In this document: positions 56,813 to 64,000 of the stretch, one piece after another
Numbering within the stretch: position 1 is the stretch's first letter
How the letters are laid out: every line of letters begins with the position of its first letter
DNA from: Rhizobium sp. Q54
Lineage (GTDB): Bacteria; Pseudomonadota; Alphaproteobacteria; Rhizobiales; Aestuariivirgaceae
Assembly: GCA_945889445.1 (NCBI GenBank)
Contig: CAMDBX010000002.1
Span: forward strand, 2,041-66,040
Reading direction: 5' to 3'
DNA: 64,000 nucleotides
Notes under the pieces: model-generated
The model's database searches: none
What the model was told of the DNA's origin: nothing
The model's input: the letters and a program-made list of their open reading frames with translations, nothing else
Program-made: the position numbers and the translations under genes

Positions 56813-57684
56813 CAGACGTCCACTCCCTTGGATCGCAGGGTAAACAGGTAGCGGAGCGCGAGCGCACCGAAGGTGGCATACATCAGAAGGAAGGACAGTG
56901 CCGCACCGAAGGGCCAGTCATTTGCCGCCTTGAACTGGCGCTCGATGACGTTGCCGATCATCAGCGCGTTGGCGCCACCCAGCAGGTCCGGGGTCAGGAA
57001 GGATCCGAGGCACGGAATGAAAACGAGGATGATGCCGGAGATGATGCCGGGCATGGTCAGCGGCACGGTGACACGCATGAACGTCTGGAACTGCGAGCCG
57101 CCAAGGTCGAGGCTGGCCTCGAGGTAGGATTTGTCCAGCCTTTCAATGGTGGCGTAGAGCGGCAGCACCATGAAGGGCATGTAGACATAGACCAGCCCGA
57201 AGATGACCGCGAAGTTGTTGTAGAGCATCTCGAAGGGGCCAAAGCCCACCCAGCCCAGGATCTTGTTCACATAACCTTGGGTGCGGAACACCGCGATCAG
57301 CGCATAGGTGCGGATCAGCAGGTTGATCCAGAACGGCAGCACCACCAGCAGCAGCAGCAAGGGCTTCCACTTGTCCTTGGCAAAGCAGATGCCGAAGGCG
57401 ATGGGATAGGCAAAGAGCAGGCAGAGCGCGGTGGCCAGTGCGCTGATCCACACCGACTTCCACATGATGCCAAGGTACAGCGGATCGAAGGCACGGATGT
57501 AGTTGGTGATGCCGGTCAGGTAGTCATAGCCGGTGATCGACACCTCGCCGTCGACCATGGCCTTGTCGCTGAACGACATGATGAAGAGAAAGCCGAGCGG
57601 GATGATGAAGAAGGCCAGAAGCCACAGTGAAGGCGGTAAGCCCAGTGTCCAGAAGACCCGGGGGTTCTGTTTCCAGTTCTCCAA
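56812..57684 (-). CDS. ABC transporter permease (PotB/PotH-like)
   Basis: 290 aa, 6 TM, with loop LEASLDLGGSQFQTFMRVTVPLTMPG. Confidence 0.85.
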   Translation of the reverse strand: MENWKQNPRVFWTLGLPPSLWLLAFFIIPLGFLFIMSFSDKAMVDGEVSITGYDYLTGITNYIRAFDPLYLGIMWKSVWISALATALCLLFAYPIAFGICFAKDKWKPLLLLLVVLPFWINLLIRTYALIAVFRTQGYVNKILGWVGFGPFEMLYNNFAVIFGLVYVYMPFMVLPLYATIERLDKSYLEASLDLGGSQFQTFMRVTVPLTMPGIISGIILVFIPCLGSFLTPDLLGGANALMIGNVIERQFKAANDWPFGAALSFLLMYATFGALALRYLFTLRSKGVDV

Positions 57685-57753
57685 GATGCGTTCACTCCCC
57701 CTGCGTCGTTTTCTTTGAAGCTACCCCAGCACGGCACGGCACGGCAACCCCGG

Positions 57754-60072
57754 CTATAGCCGGGACAGCGCCCTGTCGATGGCTGCAACCGCGAAATCGG
57801 CATCGGCGCGGCTGAACACGATGGGCGGCCTGATCTTCAGCACGTTGCCGGATTTCCCCTCACCGCCAACAAGCGCACCCTCGTCGCGGATCAGGTTCAG
57901 CAACCGGTGCATCACGTCACCCGCCGGCTGCTTGCTGGCGCGATCGTGCACCAGTTCCACGCCCGTGGCGAGCCCGACGCCGCGCACGTCACCAATCAGC
58001 GCATGTCTCGACATGAGCCCCGAAAGGCCGTTGCGGAAGTGCGCCCCAACGTCACGCGCATTCTCCAGAAGGTTTTCGTCCCGGATGACGTCCAGAACCG
58101 CCATGCCGGCCGCCCCGGCGACGTTGTTGCCGCCAAAGGTGGAGAAGAACGGACCGAGTTGAAGGAAATGTGACAGGATCTCGGGCCTGGTGATGACCAC
58201 GCCCAGCGGATAACCATTGCCCGCCGGCTTGCCGATGGTGATGAAGTCCGGCACCACGCCATGATGGCGATGCCCCCAGAAGGATGGGCCCATGCGGCCG
58301 AAGCCGGACTGCACCTCGTCGGCGATGAACAGGCCGCCTGCCTTGTGCACCCGCGCAACGATGCCCTGCAGGTAGCCGGCAGGCGCGTCAAGGATGCCGT
58401 TGGTCATGAAGGCGGAATCAACCATCATCGCGGCAACGCCGAGGCCCTTCTCCTGCAGGTCGCCGATCAGCGGATCGGCAAGGGCCGCATAGCGCGCGCC
58501 CGCGTCATTGTCCTGCGGGCCATAGGGGCCGCGATAGACATCTGGCGCGGGCAGCAGGCGGATGTGCGGGGCCTTCCAGTGCGCGGGCGCATTCGACGGC
58601 GAAAAGGCGTCAATCGACTCGCTCACGCCATGATAGGCGAATTCCATCGCAAGCCCGCCGGAATGGCCGGTGAAGGCCTTGGCCATGCGCCATGCAAGGT
58701 CGTTCGCCTCGCTGCCGGAATTGACGAAGGTCACCGAGGTGAGGCCCTCGGAAGCCAGCTCCGCCAGCCGTTCGGCATATTCGATCGACTGGTCTGTGAT
58801 GTAGCGCGTGTTGGTGCTGAGCGTGCGCGCCTGCCGCGCGATGGCCTCCGCCACGTAAGGGTGCGCGTGGCCCACATGCGGCACGTTGTTGTAGCAGTCG
58901 AGATAGCGCTTGCCGTCGGAGGCAGTGAGCCACACGCCCTCGCCCTTCACGATGTGCAGCGGCGGGTCGTAGAAGACATAGAGCTTCTCGCCCATCACCT
59001 TGCGGCGCCGTGTGATGGCTTCTGCGGCAGTTTCCGCGTGCTGCGGAGGAATGCTGGTGAAAGCGGCGGCGCGGCGGATCAGGGCGCGCAGCCTGTCGTG
59101 CCCGATCCGACGCATCTCGCGGATCATCGGCATGCTGCGGCTGTTGAAGGCCTGGAAATAGTCCTGCGAAGCAATGCCGTTCGAGGCCTTCAGCGCGTCG
59201 ATGAGCGGGGTCATCAGCAGGCGAATGTCGATGAGGTCGATCAATGCATCGGCCTCGGCCTCCTCCAGCGGCGTCACGCTGCGGTAGCCGCGTACCAATT
59301 CGAAGATGGTGTCGGGAACATCCGCCGCGGGCGTCAGGAAATCGCCCGTCGCATTGGCGAGATCGAGAATCAGGGGGCCGTGCACCATGTCGCCGAAGTC
59401 GATGATGCCGGTCACCTTGCGCGCGGCGTCGACAAGCACGTTGTGGGGATGAACGTCGCCGTGGATGACTTGGGCGCGCATGCGGCGGAGTGCCGGCACG
59501 GTGACCGTCTCGTGGCGCGCCAGAATCTCCGTGGCAAGCGCGCGGTCGCCTTCCGGAAGGTTGCCGATCTCGCTGGCCAGCCGCAGCACGTGGCGCGTGT
59601 CCCAGACCAGATCACGTTCAGCCGGCGCGCCGTTGACGAAACCGCGCAGCGCCACGCCGAGGCGGGCCAGTAGCTTTCCGAGATCGAACAGGCCGTCGCG
59701 CCCCAGCGTGTCGCCGCCCAGGACGTGACCTTCGAGCCATGACAGCACCATGACCGGGTAATGCTGGCCATCATGCGTGATGCGCGCCAGCGGCTCGCCG
59801 TTGCGCGTGCGGATGAGGCGCGGCACGGGCAGTGCGGGGTCGGCCTCGGCAATATGCTCAAGGGCTGTGGCCTGGCACTGCAGGATGGCATCACCCTCGG
59901 CCGGATGGCACACCTTGAACGTGGCGCTCACGCCGCCCGCGCCCAGGACCCGGTAATTCTGGTCGCGTTCGCCCTCGAGTGGCGACCACACGCCGGAAAG
60001 ACCATAGCTCCGCTCGGCGAAGGCCTGAAGCGCATCAAGCGGCAGGGCGGGCGGTCTCAGCGTGTTGAGCAT
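57754..60072 (-). CDS. Fusion protein: APH-family (hydroxylysine/amino-alcohol kinase-like) domain + AGXT2L-type class-III PLP phospho-lyase domain
   Basis: 772 aa from the ATG at 60072 (GGAG SD 5 nt upstream). The kinase region has VIHGDVHPHNVLV...IIDFGD. The C-terminal class-III fold has FIADEVQSGFGRMG and the PLP-lysine block TIGKPAGNGYPLG, which is the GKPxGNGxP type seen in phospho-lyases. Confidence 0.8.
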   Translation of the reverse strand: MLNTLRPPALPLDALQAFAERSYGLSGVWSPLEGERDQNYRVLGAGGVSATFKVCHPAEGDAILQCQATALEHIAEADPALPVPRLIRTRNGEPLARITHDGQHYPVMVLSWLEGHVLGGDTLGRDGLFDLGKLLARLGVALRGFVNGAPAERDLVWDTRHVLRLASEIGNLPEGDRALATEILARHETVTVPALRRMRAQVIHGDVHPHNVLVDAARKVTGIIDFGDMVHGPLILDLANATGDFLTPAADVPDTIFELVRGYRSVTPLEEAEADALIDLIDIRLLMTPLIDALKASNGIASQDYFQAFNSRSMPMIREMRRIGHDRLRALIRRAAAFTSIPPQHAETAAEAITRRRKVMGEKLYVFYDPPLHIVKGEGVWLTASDGKRYLDCYNNVPHVGHAHPYVAEAIARQARTLSTNTRYITDQSIEYAERLAELASEGLTSVTFVNSGSEANDLAWRMAKAFTGHSGGLAMEFAYHGVSESIDAFSPSNAPAHWKAPHIRLLPAPDVYRGPYGPQDNDAGARYAALADPLIGDLQEKGLGVAAMMVDSAFMTNGILDAPAGYLQGIVARVHKAGGLFIADEVQSGFGRMGPSFWGHRHHGVVPDFITIGKPAGNGYPLGVVITRPEILSHFLQLGPFFSTFGGNNVAGAAGMAVLDVIRDENLLENARDVGAHFRNGLSGLMSRHALIGDVRGVGLATGVELVHDRASKQPAGDVMHRLLNLIRDEGALVGGEGKSGNVLKIRPPIVFSRADADFAVAAIDRALSRL

Positions 60073-60085
60073 GGCGCTCCAGATG

Positions 60086-60124
60086 TTCAAACGAAACGGG
60101 GCGGCCCCTTGCGGTGGCCGCCCC
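60086..60124 (-). terminator. Intra-operon hairpin/attenuator after the binding-protein gene
   Basis: Minus strand: GGGGCGGCC-accgcaagg-GGCCGCCCC followed by GTTTCGTTTG. It lies between the SBP stop (60137) and the fusion-gene start (60072). Confidence 0.5.
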
Positions 60125-60136
60125 ATGTCATAGCGC

Positions 60137-61216
60137 TTACGACGCGCGGATGCGCGTCCAGATTTCGTCGCGTTGCTTGATGGCCTCTTCGCCGAGATAG
60201 AGGTTCGGCTCGCACTTGGCCAGCACATCGGCTGGCGGGAAGATCACCGGGCTGTCCTTGTATTCAGCCGGCATCAGCTCCTTGGCTGCCTTGTTGGTGG
60301 TGGCATACTGGATGGTCTCGGCGATGCCGGCACCTTCCTTGGCGTCGAGGATGAAGTTCAGGAACGCCATGGCGTTCTCCGGGTGCGGAGCACCCTTCGG
60401 AATGGCCAGCGTGTCCTGCCAGACGAGCGAACCTTCCTTCGGCACGATGTATGCGAGGTCTTCGTCCTCGGTCATCACCTGCTTGATGTCGCCGTTCCAC
60501 TCCTGGCACAGCTTCACTTCGCCCGAGGCGAGAAGATCCTGGCCGTTGTCGGGCGCGAAGACCTTGATGTTCTTCTTCTGCTTGATCAACAGATCCTCAA
60601 CCTTCTTGAGCTCGTCCGCATTGGTCGAGTTCCACGAGAAGCCGAGATACTTGAGGCCGGCACCGAGAACGTTGGACTGGTCGCCCAGGAGCGAGATGGC
60701 GCCCGCATACTCATCCGAGTCCAGCAGCACCTTCCAGCTGTCGGGCGTGGCGCTGACGGCCGACTTGCGGAAGCCGATGCCCACCGTGCCCCACATGTAG
60801 GGGATCGAGTACTTGCGGCCCGGGTCGAAGGTTGCGTCCTGGAACAGCGGGTCGATGTTGGCCATGTTCGGGATCTTCGAATGGTCGAGCGGAATCACCA
60901 TGTCGGCCTTGATCATGCGCTCGAGATAGTCGTTGGTCGGCACGATCACGTCATAACCGGGGTTGCCGCCCTTGAGCTTGGCGAAAAGCTCGTCGTTGTC
61001 GGCATAGAGATCCATCTTCACTTCGATGCCGGTGGCGTCGGTGAATTCTGCGAGCGTGTTCTCGCCGATGTAGGTGTCCCAGTTGTAGAAGTTCAGCTTC
61101 TTCTCTTCTTCTGCCATCGAAAAGCGCGGCATGAAGGTGAGGCCCGCGAACAGCGCGCCGGTACCCTTGAGGACCGAGCGGCGGTTGGGACGGAACCTAG
61201 GACGGAAAGTCGACAT
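60137..61216 (-). CDS. Polyamine/amine ABC transporter periplasmic binding protein (PotD/PotF-like)
   Basis: 359 aa from the ATG at 61216 (AAGGA SD). Twin-arginine-like leader MSTFRPRFRPNRRSVLKGTGALFAGLTFMPRFSMA, followed by the PotD/F-type fold. Confidence 0.85.
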   Translation of the reverse strand: MSTFRPRFRPNRRSVLKGTGALFAGLTFMPRFSMAEEEKKLNFYNWDTYIGENTLAEFTDATGIEVKMDLYADNDELFAKLKGGNPGYDVIVPTNDYLERMIKADMVIPLDHSKIPNMANIDPLFQDATFDPGRKYSIPYMWGTVGIGFRKSAVSATPDSWKVLLDSDEYAGAISLLGDQSNVLGAGLKYLGFSWNSTNADELKKVEDLLIKQKKNIKVFAPDNGQDLLASGEVKLCQEWNGDIKQVMTEDEDLAYIVPKEGSLVWQDTLAIPKGAPHPENAMAFLNFILDAKEGAGIAETIQYATTNKAAKELMPAEYKDSPVIFPPADVLAKCEPNLYLGEEAIKQRDEIWTRIRAS

Positions 61217-61350
61217 TCTCTCAATTCCTTTCACAAGTTCTGCACCGATCAATTTTGACCGCCGGCGCATAAGGCGGCCTCAAACTGGGAGGGGTTTTTA
61301 GGCCAGCCCCGCCCCCCGGCCAATAGGAAACTACTTAAGCTTTTGTAATC

Positions 61351-62736
61351 TCAAACGACTTCAGACTTTACCCGGGCGTAAGTCGCATCCAATGCCAGCC
61401 GTGCGAGGCGCACCAGCTCATCGATCTCCTTGCGGGTGATGACCAGGGGCGGCGCCAGCACCATGGTATCCCAGCAGGCACGCATGATGAGCCCATTCTT
61501 GAAGCAGTTGTCGCGGCACATCGTTCCCACGCGACCCGGGCTGGCGAAGCGGCTGCGCCTGGCCTTGTCGTTGGACAGTTCGATGGCGCCGATGAGGCCC
61601 ATCGACCGCGTCTCGCCGACGATCGGGTGGTCGCGCAGCGAGGCCAGCGCCTCGGCAAAATAGGGGCCGATCTCGCGGGTGTGCTCGACCAGCTTTTCCT
61701 GCTCGATGATCTCGATGTTCTTGAGCGCCACGGCGCAGGCCACCGGGTGGCCGGCATAGGTCATGCCATGGTAGAATTCGCCGCCCAGTTCGAAGAAGTC
61801 CTTGACCAGGTGGTCGGCAAAGGCAACCGCACCGATCGGCAGGTAGCCGGATGACAGGCCCTTGGCCATCGGCACGATGTCGGGCTCGAAGCCCATGGTC
61901 TCGAAGCCCCACCAGTTGCCGGTGCGCCCAAATCCGCAGATCACCTCGTCGGAAATGATCAGGATACCGTACTTGCGGCAGATCCTCTGCACCTCCGGCC
62001 AGTAGGTGGACGGCGGGATGAGCACGCCGCCCGCCCCCTGGATCGGCTCGCCGATGAAGGCGGCCACATTGTCGGGCCCGACTTCGAGGATCTTCGTTTC
62101 CAGCGCCGCGGCGGCCTCGAGGCCGAATTCCTCCGGCGTCTTGTCGCCGCCGAAATCGAACCAGTGCGGCTGCTGGATGTGGTGGAAGCCCGGGAACTCG
62201 GTGCCGACCTGGTCATGCATGCCCTGGAAGCCGCCGAGATTGGCCGCCACCATGGTGGAGCCATGATAGCCGCGGGTGCGGGCGATGAAGTGCTGGCGAT
62301 AGGGCTTGCCCTTCAGCTTCCAGTAATGGCGCACGAAGCGCACGATGGTGTCGTTGGATTCCGAGCCGGAGTTGGTGAAGAAGATGTGCTTGAAGCGCTC
62401 CGGCATCACCGACGAGATCTTGGCGGCAAGTTCGGTCGTCGGCACCGTCGTCGTCTTGAAGAAGGTATTGTAGTAGGGCAGGTCAAGCATCTGCTTGTAG
62501 GCCGCCTCGGCCAGTTCCTTGCGGCCATAGCCCACGTTCACGCACCACAGGCCGGACATGCCGTCCAGGAGCTTGTGGCCGTTACCATCCCAGATCCAGA
62601 TGCCGTCGGCCTGGGTCATGACCCGCGGGCCACCCTCGGCATGGAACGACTTGTGGTCGGTGAAGGGGTGGAAATGATGCGCGATGTCGTTGCGCACGAC
62701 TTCGGCGATATCGATGTTCTTGTTCAGAACGTTCAT
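61351..62736 (-). CDS. Class-III omega-aminotransferase (putrescine/beta-alanine-pyruvate aminotransferase-like)
   Basis: 461 aa from the ATG at 62736 (GGAGAG SD). HFHPFTDHK, SGSESNDT, ISDEVICGFGRTG and VPMAKGLSSGYLPIG are present. Confidence 0.9.
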   Translation of the reverse strand: MNVLNKNIDIAEVVRNDIAHHFHPFTDHKSFHAEGGPRVMTQADGIWIWDGNGHKLLDGMSGLWCVNVGYGRKELAEAAYKQMLDLPYYNTFFKTTTVPTTELAAKISSVMPERFKHIFFTNSGSESNDTIVRFVRHYWKLKGKPYRQHFIARTRGYHGSTMVAANLGGFQGMHDQVGTEFPGFHHIQQPHWFDFGGDKTPEEFGLEAAAALETKILEVGPDNVAAFIGEPIQGAGGVLIPPSTYWPEVQRICRKYGILIISDEVICGFGRTGNWWGFETMGFEPDIVPMAKGLSSGYLPIGAVAFADHLVKDFFELGGEFYHGMTYAGHPVACAVALKNIEIIEQEKLVEHTREIGPYFAEALASLRDHPIVGETRSMGLIGAIELSNDKARRSRFASPGRVGTMCRDNCFKNGLIMRACWDTMVLAPPLVITRKEIDELVRLARLALDATYARVKSEVV

Positions 62737-63104
62737 GGCACTCTCCAAACTGCAAACGGAAACAACCCGCGCCGACAACGGCGGGGCACACGATCAGACT
62801 GAAGACGGGATGCTTACGGCTTGAATACGATGCGCGCGCAATGAAGCATGACCTCATCATACGCGGTCTTTGACCAGATGGGCAAAATTGCCCCGGATAT
62901 GGTCGCGTGGAAACACATGGCGCGCTTATGGCATTTCCCGCGCGGCTTCGCAAGAAACACGCTTTATTTGCTTTTTGGCGACTGCCGCCGCGCACAAGCC
63001 TGAAGCAGCTAAGCTAAAATCTGGGCAGCATAATTTGGATTGGCATGTTTTTCTTGCGCTGCCCGTTTTTCTGCCACCATACTGCGATGCAACAAGGGCG
63101 ACGG

Positions 63105-64000
63105 ATGACGGTGGTATTCAACGAGATGGATGGCGGCGGGGGTACTCCCCGTGAGCCCTATGCTCAGGTGGCAGACTGGCTCAAGACACTGTCCCGCGCC
63201 GATGTCGACCGCGCATTGAGGGAGGCGGAAGCGATCTTCCGCCGCCAGGGCATCACCTTCGCCGTCTATGGCGACGACGAGGCGGCCGAACGCCTCATCC
63301 CCTTCGACATCATCCCGCGCGTGTTCGCCGCTGCCGAGTGGCGCAAGCTGTCGGCCGGCATCGAGCAGCGCGTGCGGGCGCTGAACGCCTTCATCCACGA
63401 CCTTTATCACCGCCAGGACATCCTGCGCGCGGGCAAGATCCCGCATGAGTTCATCATCCAGAACGAGGCCTTCGTGCCGGAGATGGTGGGGGTGATGCCG
63501 GCCCGCGGCATCTATGCCCACATCATCGGCATCGACATCGTGCGCGTGGCGGCCAACGAGTTCTACGTGCTGGAAGACAATTGCCGCACGCCATCGGGTG
63601 TCTCCTACATGCTCGAGGACCGGGAGGCGATGATGTATCTCTTCCCCGAACTCTTCGCCCAACAGCGCGTGGCGCCCGTCGAGAACTACCCCGCCATGCT
63701 GCGCCAGACGCTGGAGAGCGTGGCGCCTGCCGGCTGCAACGGCGAACCCACCGTCGTCATCCTGACACCGGGCATCCACAACTCGGCCTTCTTCGAGCAC
63801 GCCTTCCTGGCGGACGAAATGGGCGTCGAGCTTTGCGAGGGCGGCGACCTGTTCGTTGATGGCGGCTATCTCTACATGCGCACCACCCAGGCGCCGAAGC
63901 GGGTGGACGTCGTCTACCGCCGGATTGACGACGCCTACCTCGATCCCCTCACCTTCCGGCATGACTCCGCGATCGGCGTTCCCGGCATCTTTGACGTTTA
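63105..64000 (+). CDS. Circularly permuted type-2 ATP-grasp family protein (N-terminal part; continues beyond window)
   Basis: The plus-strand frame from the ATG at 63105 reads MTVVFNEMDGGGGTPREPYAQVADWL...ITFAVYGDDEAAERLIPFDIIPRV...LEDNCRTPSGVSYMLEDREAM... It stays open to the window end. The minus-strand track ORF 63009-63962 is its shadow. An in-frame ATG at 63087 is an alternative start. Confidence 0.8.
   Translation, partial: MTVVFNEMDGGGGTPREPYAQVADWLKTLSRADVDRALREAEAIFRRQGITFAVYGDDEAAERLIPFDIIPRVFAAAEWRKLSAGIEQRVRALNAFIHDLYHRQDILRAGKIPHEFIIQNEAFVPEMVGVMPARGIYAHIIGIDIVRVAANEFYVLEDNCRTPSGVSYMLEDREAMMYLFPELFAQQRVAPVENYPAMLRQTLESVAPAGCNGEPTVVILTPGIHNSAFFEHAFLADEMGVELCEGGDLFVDGGYLYMRTTQAPKRVDVVYRRIDDAYLDPLTFRHDSAIGVPGIFDV

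Noticed and set aside
63041-63057. Sigma-54-like promoter TGGCAT-gtttttc-TTGC upstream of the ATP-grasp gene.
   Set aside because: The spacing between the GG and GC elements is 2 nt longer than the strict TGGCAC-N5-TTGC consensus. No enhancer-binding-protein gene is nearby.

Overview
High-GC, densely packed chromosomal segment. Gene content looks like a Rhizobiales-type alphaproteobacterium, inferred from protein families only. I support about 60 protein-coding genes. Many are joined by overlapping or near-overlapping stop/start codons (ATGA, GTGA, TGATG). I recognised no rRNA, tRNA, CRISPR, transposase, integrase or phage genes.

Housekeeping genes: ppc, trhO, an ABC-F ATPase, holC, ald with its Lrp-type regulator, rpmF, mtgA, ispA, ispG, zur-znuC-znuB, ackA and a pta-like gene, a citrate-synthase-family gene, and an L,D-transpeptidase.

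Three accessory or metabolic blocks stand out.

1. About 10.5-21.5 kb: a corrinoid-dependent methyl-transfer locus. It has three non-pyrrolysine MttB-superfamily paralogs, one of them broken by a 1-nt frameshift. It also has a B12-binding corrinoid protein, a DUF1638-like protein, a two-cluster Fe-S protein, a stand-alone homocysteine S-methyltransferase domain, a GFA-family protein and a GcvA-like LysR regulator. Unexpectedly, a pseudouridine kinase/glycosidase pair (psuK/psuG) is translationally coupled between two of the MttB genes.
2. About 26-35 kb: a betaine-homocysteine methyltransferase. Upstream lies a cytoplasm-facing, Tat-less Mo/Fe-S/membrane-anchor oxidoreductase of the SoeABC (sulfite dehydrogenase) type, coupled to an MBL-fold hydrolase. 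A divergent MocR/TauR-like regulator has a TGGACC-repeat operator, followed by a DMT transporter.
3. About 50-62.7 kb: an amine-catabolism island. It has a GS-like enzyme, an FAD oxidase, an OYE flavoprotein, an agmatinase-family enzyme, a PotABCD-type transporter and an omega-aminotransferase. It also has a fused APH-type kinase / AGXT2L-type PLP phospho-lyase.

Other features: a MITE/RIME-like palindromic repeat cluster at 37.57-37.9 kb, a Zur box embedded in a divergent promoter, and several convergent gene pairs that abut or overlap at palindromic stop codons.

Most long ORFs antisense to these genes are high-GC shadow ORFs and were rejected. All family assignments come from reading motifs by eye. 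No database search was run.
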